Shown: positions 62,749-64,000 of the stretch, piece after piece
How positions within the stretch are numbered: the first letter of the stretch is position 1
How the letters are laid out: every line of letters begins with the position of its first letter
Assembly: GCA_963765765.1 (NCBI GenBank)
Contig: CAVXYC010000020.1
Coordinates: 672,001-736,000 of the forward strand
Direction: 5' to 3'
Length of the DNA stretch: 64,000 nt
From: an uncultured Chloroflexia bacterium
Lineage (GTDB): Bacteria; Chloroflexota; UBA6077; JACCZL01
The notes under the pieces: model-generated
The model's database searches: none
What the model was told of the DNA's origin: nothing
Seen by the model: the letters and a program-made list of their open reading frames with translations, nothing else
Translations under genes and position numbers: made by a program

Positions 62749-63432
62749 CTATTTCACAAGACCCAGCATGACGCTGAGTGGAATCGAGATATTGCCCACG
62801 GCGATGATGACCGCGAAGAGCGTGGCAAATCCTCGGAAGAATTGATTGTTGCCGCCGTTCCGTAAGCCGAGCGTCTGAAACATGCTCCAGACACCATGCT
62901 GCAGATGGAACGCCAGCGCCACCATCGCCAGGATGTAGAAGGCGGACACGATGGGATTTCGGAAACCATTCACAATGTTTTCATAGACGTTACCGTGGTG
63001 AAACGGCGTACCGCCCATGCCCAAGGTGAGATGCATCACGTGATAAATGATGAACAGAGCGATGATCACCCCGCCCCAGCGCATGGTTCGGGAGGCGTAT
63101 GTCTGAGCCTGCCCCTTCTTCTTGGCATAGGCAATGGGGCGCGCCGAAGTATCCAGGCGGGCGAGCTGGTATGCGGCAACGATATGGATGATCACCGCGG
63201 CCAGAAGCACGATCCGCGCGAGCCAGAGGCCCTGCTCATGACCGAGCAGCGGTGATCCAAGCTCACGGAGCTGAACCGCGTATGTATCGATGATCTCCTT
63301 GCCGAAGTAAATCTTCAGATTGCCCACCATGTGGACGAATACGTAGGCGAACAGGATCAATCCGGAGATCGCCATCGCGATCTTTTTTCCGATCGTACTG
63401 CCGTACAGCGATAGCGACGCGGTACCGATCAT
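62749..63432 (-). CDS. sdhC: Succinate dehydrogenase cytochrome b558 subunit
   Basis: STIGKKIAMAISG..HMVGN, ASRTM, HL.HG.WSMFQTLG; five TMs with His ligands. Confidence 0.93.
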   Translation of the reverse strand: MIGTASLSLYGSTIGKKIAMAISGLILFAYVFVHMVGNLKIYFGKEIIDTYAVQLRELGSPLLGHEQGLWLARIVLLAAVIIHIVAAYQLARLDTSARPIAYAKKKGQAQTYASRTMRWGGVIIALFIIYHVMHLTLGMGGTPFHHGNVYENIVNGFRNPIVSAFYILAMVALAFHLQHGVWSMFQTLGLRNGGNNQFFRGFATLFAVIIAVGNISIPLSVMLGLVK

Positions 63433-63558
63433 TCCAACGATTCCTCCAACCGAGACACACGAACCACGGGCGGCAATCGGCTCCAATCATAGGGGCGTGA
63501 GCCGTCCTCTAAGCAAGAGGATACGAATCAATGTTTAAGAAGTAAAATATATGACAAG

Positions 63559-63571
63559 TATCATTATGATA
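63559..63571. promoter_or_regulatory. Palindromic LysR-type T-N11-A box
   Basis: TATCAT-T-ATGATA in the AT-rich spacer between sdhC and the divergent LysR. Confidence 0.55.
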
Positions 63572-63690
63572 GCCGCAGACTATGGAATGTAGTGGAGATT
63601 AGGTCGACCGCAGTCCGTTGAGAATGGCGTTGCAGCCCATCCCACACTCATCTTCCGCCTGATGGGTAACACGCGAGCGGAGTAAGCCAT

Positions 63691-64000
63691 ATGGAGCTTC
63701 ATCAGCTTCAATATTTCATAGCCATCGCAGAGCATGGCCACTTCACGCGAGCAGCGGCCTCACTTCACGTTGCCCAGCCGTCCGTCAGCCAGCAGATCCG
63801 AAAGCTCGAGACGGAACTCGGAGCAGAGCTTTTCCATCGCCTCAAGCGCAACGTCACGCTCACCGAGGCGGGTGAGGCCCTTCTGCCCTGGGCTCGGCGC
63901 ATCGTAAGCAACATCGACGCGGCCCGCACCGACGTTCAGGAGCTGTCCAACCTGGAACGCGGTCGCATTAGCATTGGGGCAACCCCGAGCATCGGCACCC
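63691..64000 (+). CDS. LysR family transcriptional regulator (partial, runs off the window)
   Basis: MELHQLQYFIAIAEHGHFTRAAASLHVAQPSVSQQIRKLETELG..LF.R..R.V.LT.AG. Confidence 0.95.
   Translation, partial: MELHQLQYFIAIAEHGHFTRAAASLHVAQPSVSQQIRKLETELGAELFHRLKRNVTLTEAGEALLPWARRIVSNIDAARTDVQELSNLERGRISIGATPSIGT

Noticed and set aside
1-64000. Many short overlapping or antisense ORFs in the track (e.g. 27483..28226, 35271..35957, 44981..45640)
   Set aside because: Shadow ORFs typical of high-GC DNA; Arg/Pro-rich, without motifs, and overlapping well-supported genes

Overview
GC-rich bacterial chromosomal window, most likely Chloroflexota (inferred from protein families and gene style). It has many single-base frameshifts in otherwise intact genes, which suggests long-read indel errors. 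From left to right: (1) an RpoD-type sigma factor, an M20 dipeptidase and a GAF-LuxR regulator; (2) a large cytochrome c maturation operon (TlpA, CcdA, a CopD-like protein, CcmE with an unusual CxxxF motif, CcmF, CcmH, a CcmI-like peptide, an unknown secreted protein, CcmABCD); (3) a fused AhbA/B siroheme decarboxylase; (4) an ~11 kb decayed accessory patch (Abi-like remnant, acylase, hydrolase, SRAP, DHFR and YsnF fragments) containing a 52-bp direct repeat pair; (5) cyanase, sulfotransferase, ChdC, a lipoprotein cytochrome c, DUF1802, AKR and Lon; (6) a Zn-ribbon/AT-hook protein and catabolic genes, including a MetE-like protein that has lost its Zn ligands and a gentisate-type dioxygenase; (7) transketolase; (8) four paralogous GT-C (ArnT/PMT-like) glycosyltransferases with a flippase-like protein, a GT2, DUF192 and glutaminyl cyclase; (9) Trm112, sdhCAB and a partial LysR. 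Intergenic spaces hold several unrelated palindromic (REP-like) elements and heptamer repeats. No rRNA, tRNA, CRISPR array, integrase or intact transposase was seen. The best candidates for novelty are a surface-protein modification locus (GT-C quartet plus glutaminyl cyclase, with an apparent Gln+1 'Q-rule' in secreted proteins), the hybrid Ccm system and the MetE-like pseudoenzyme.
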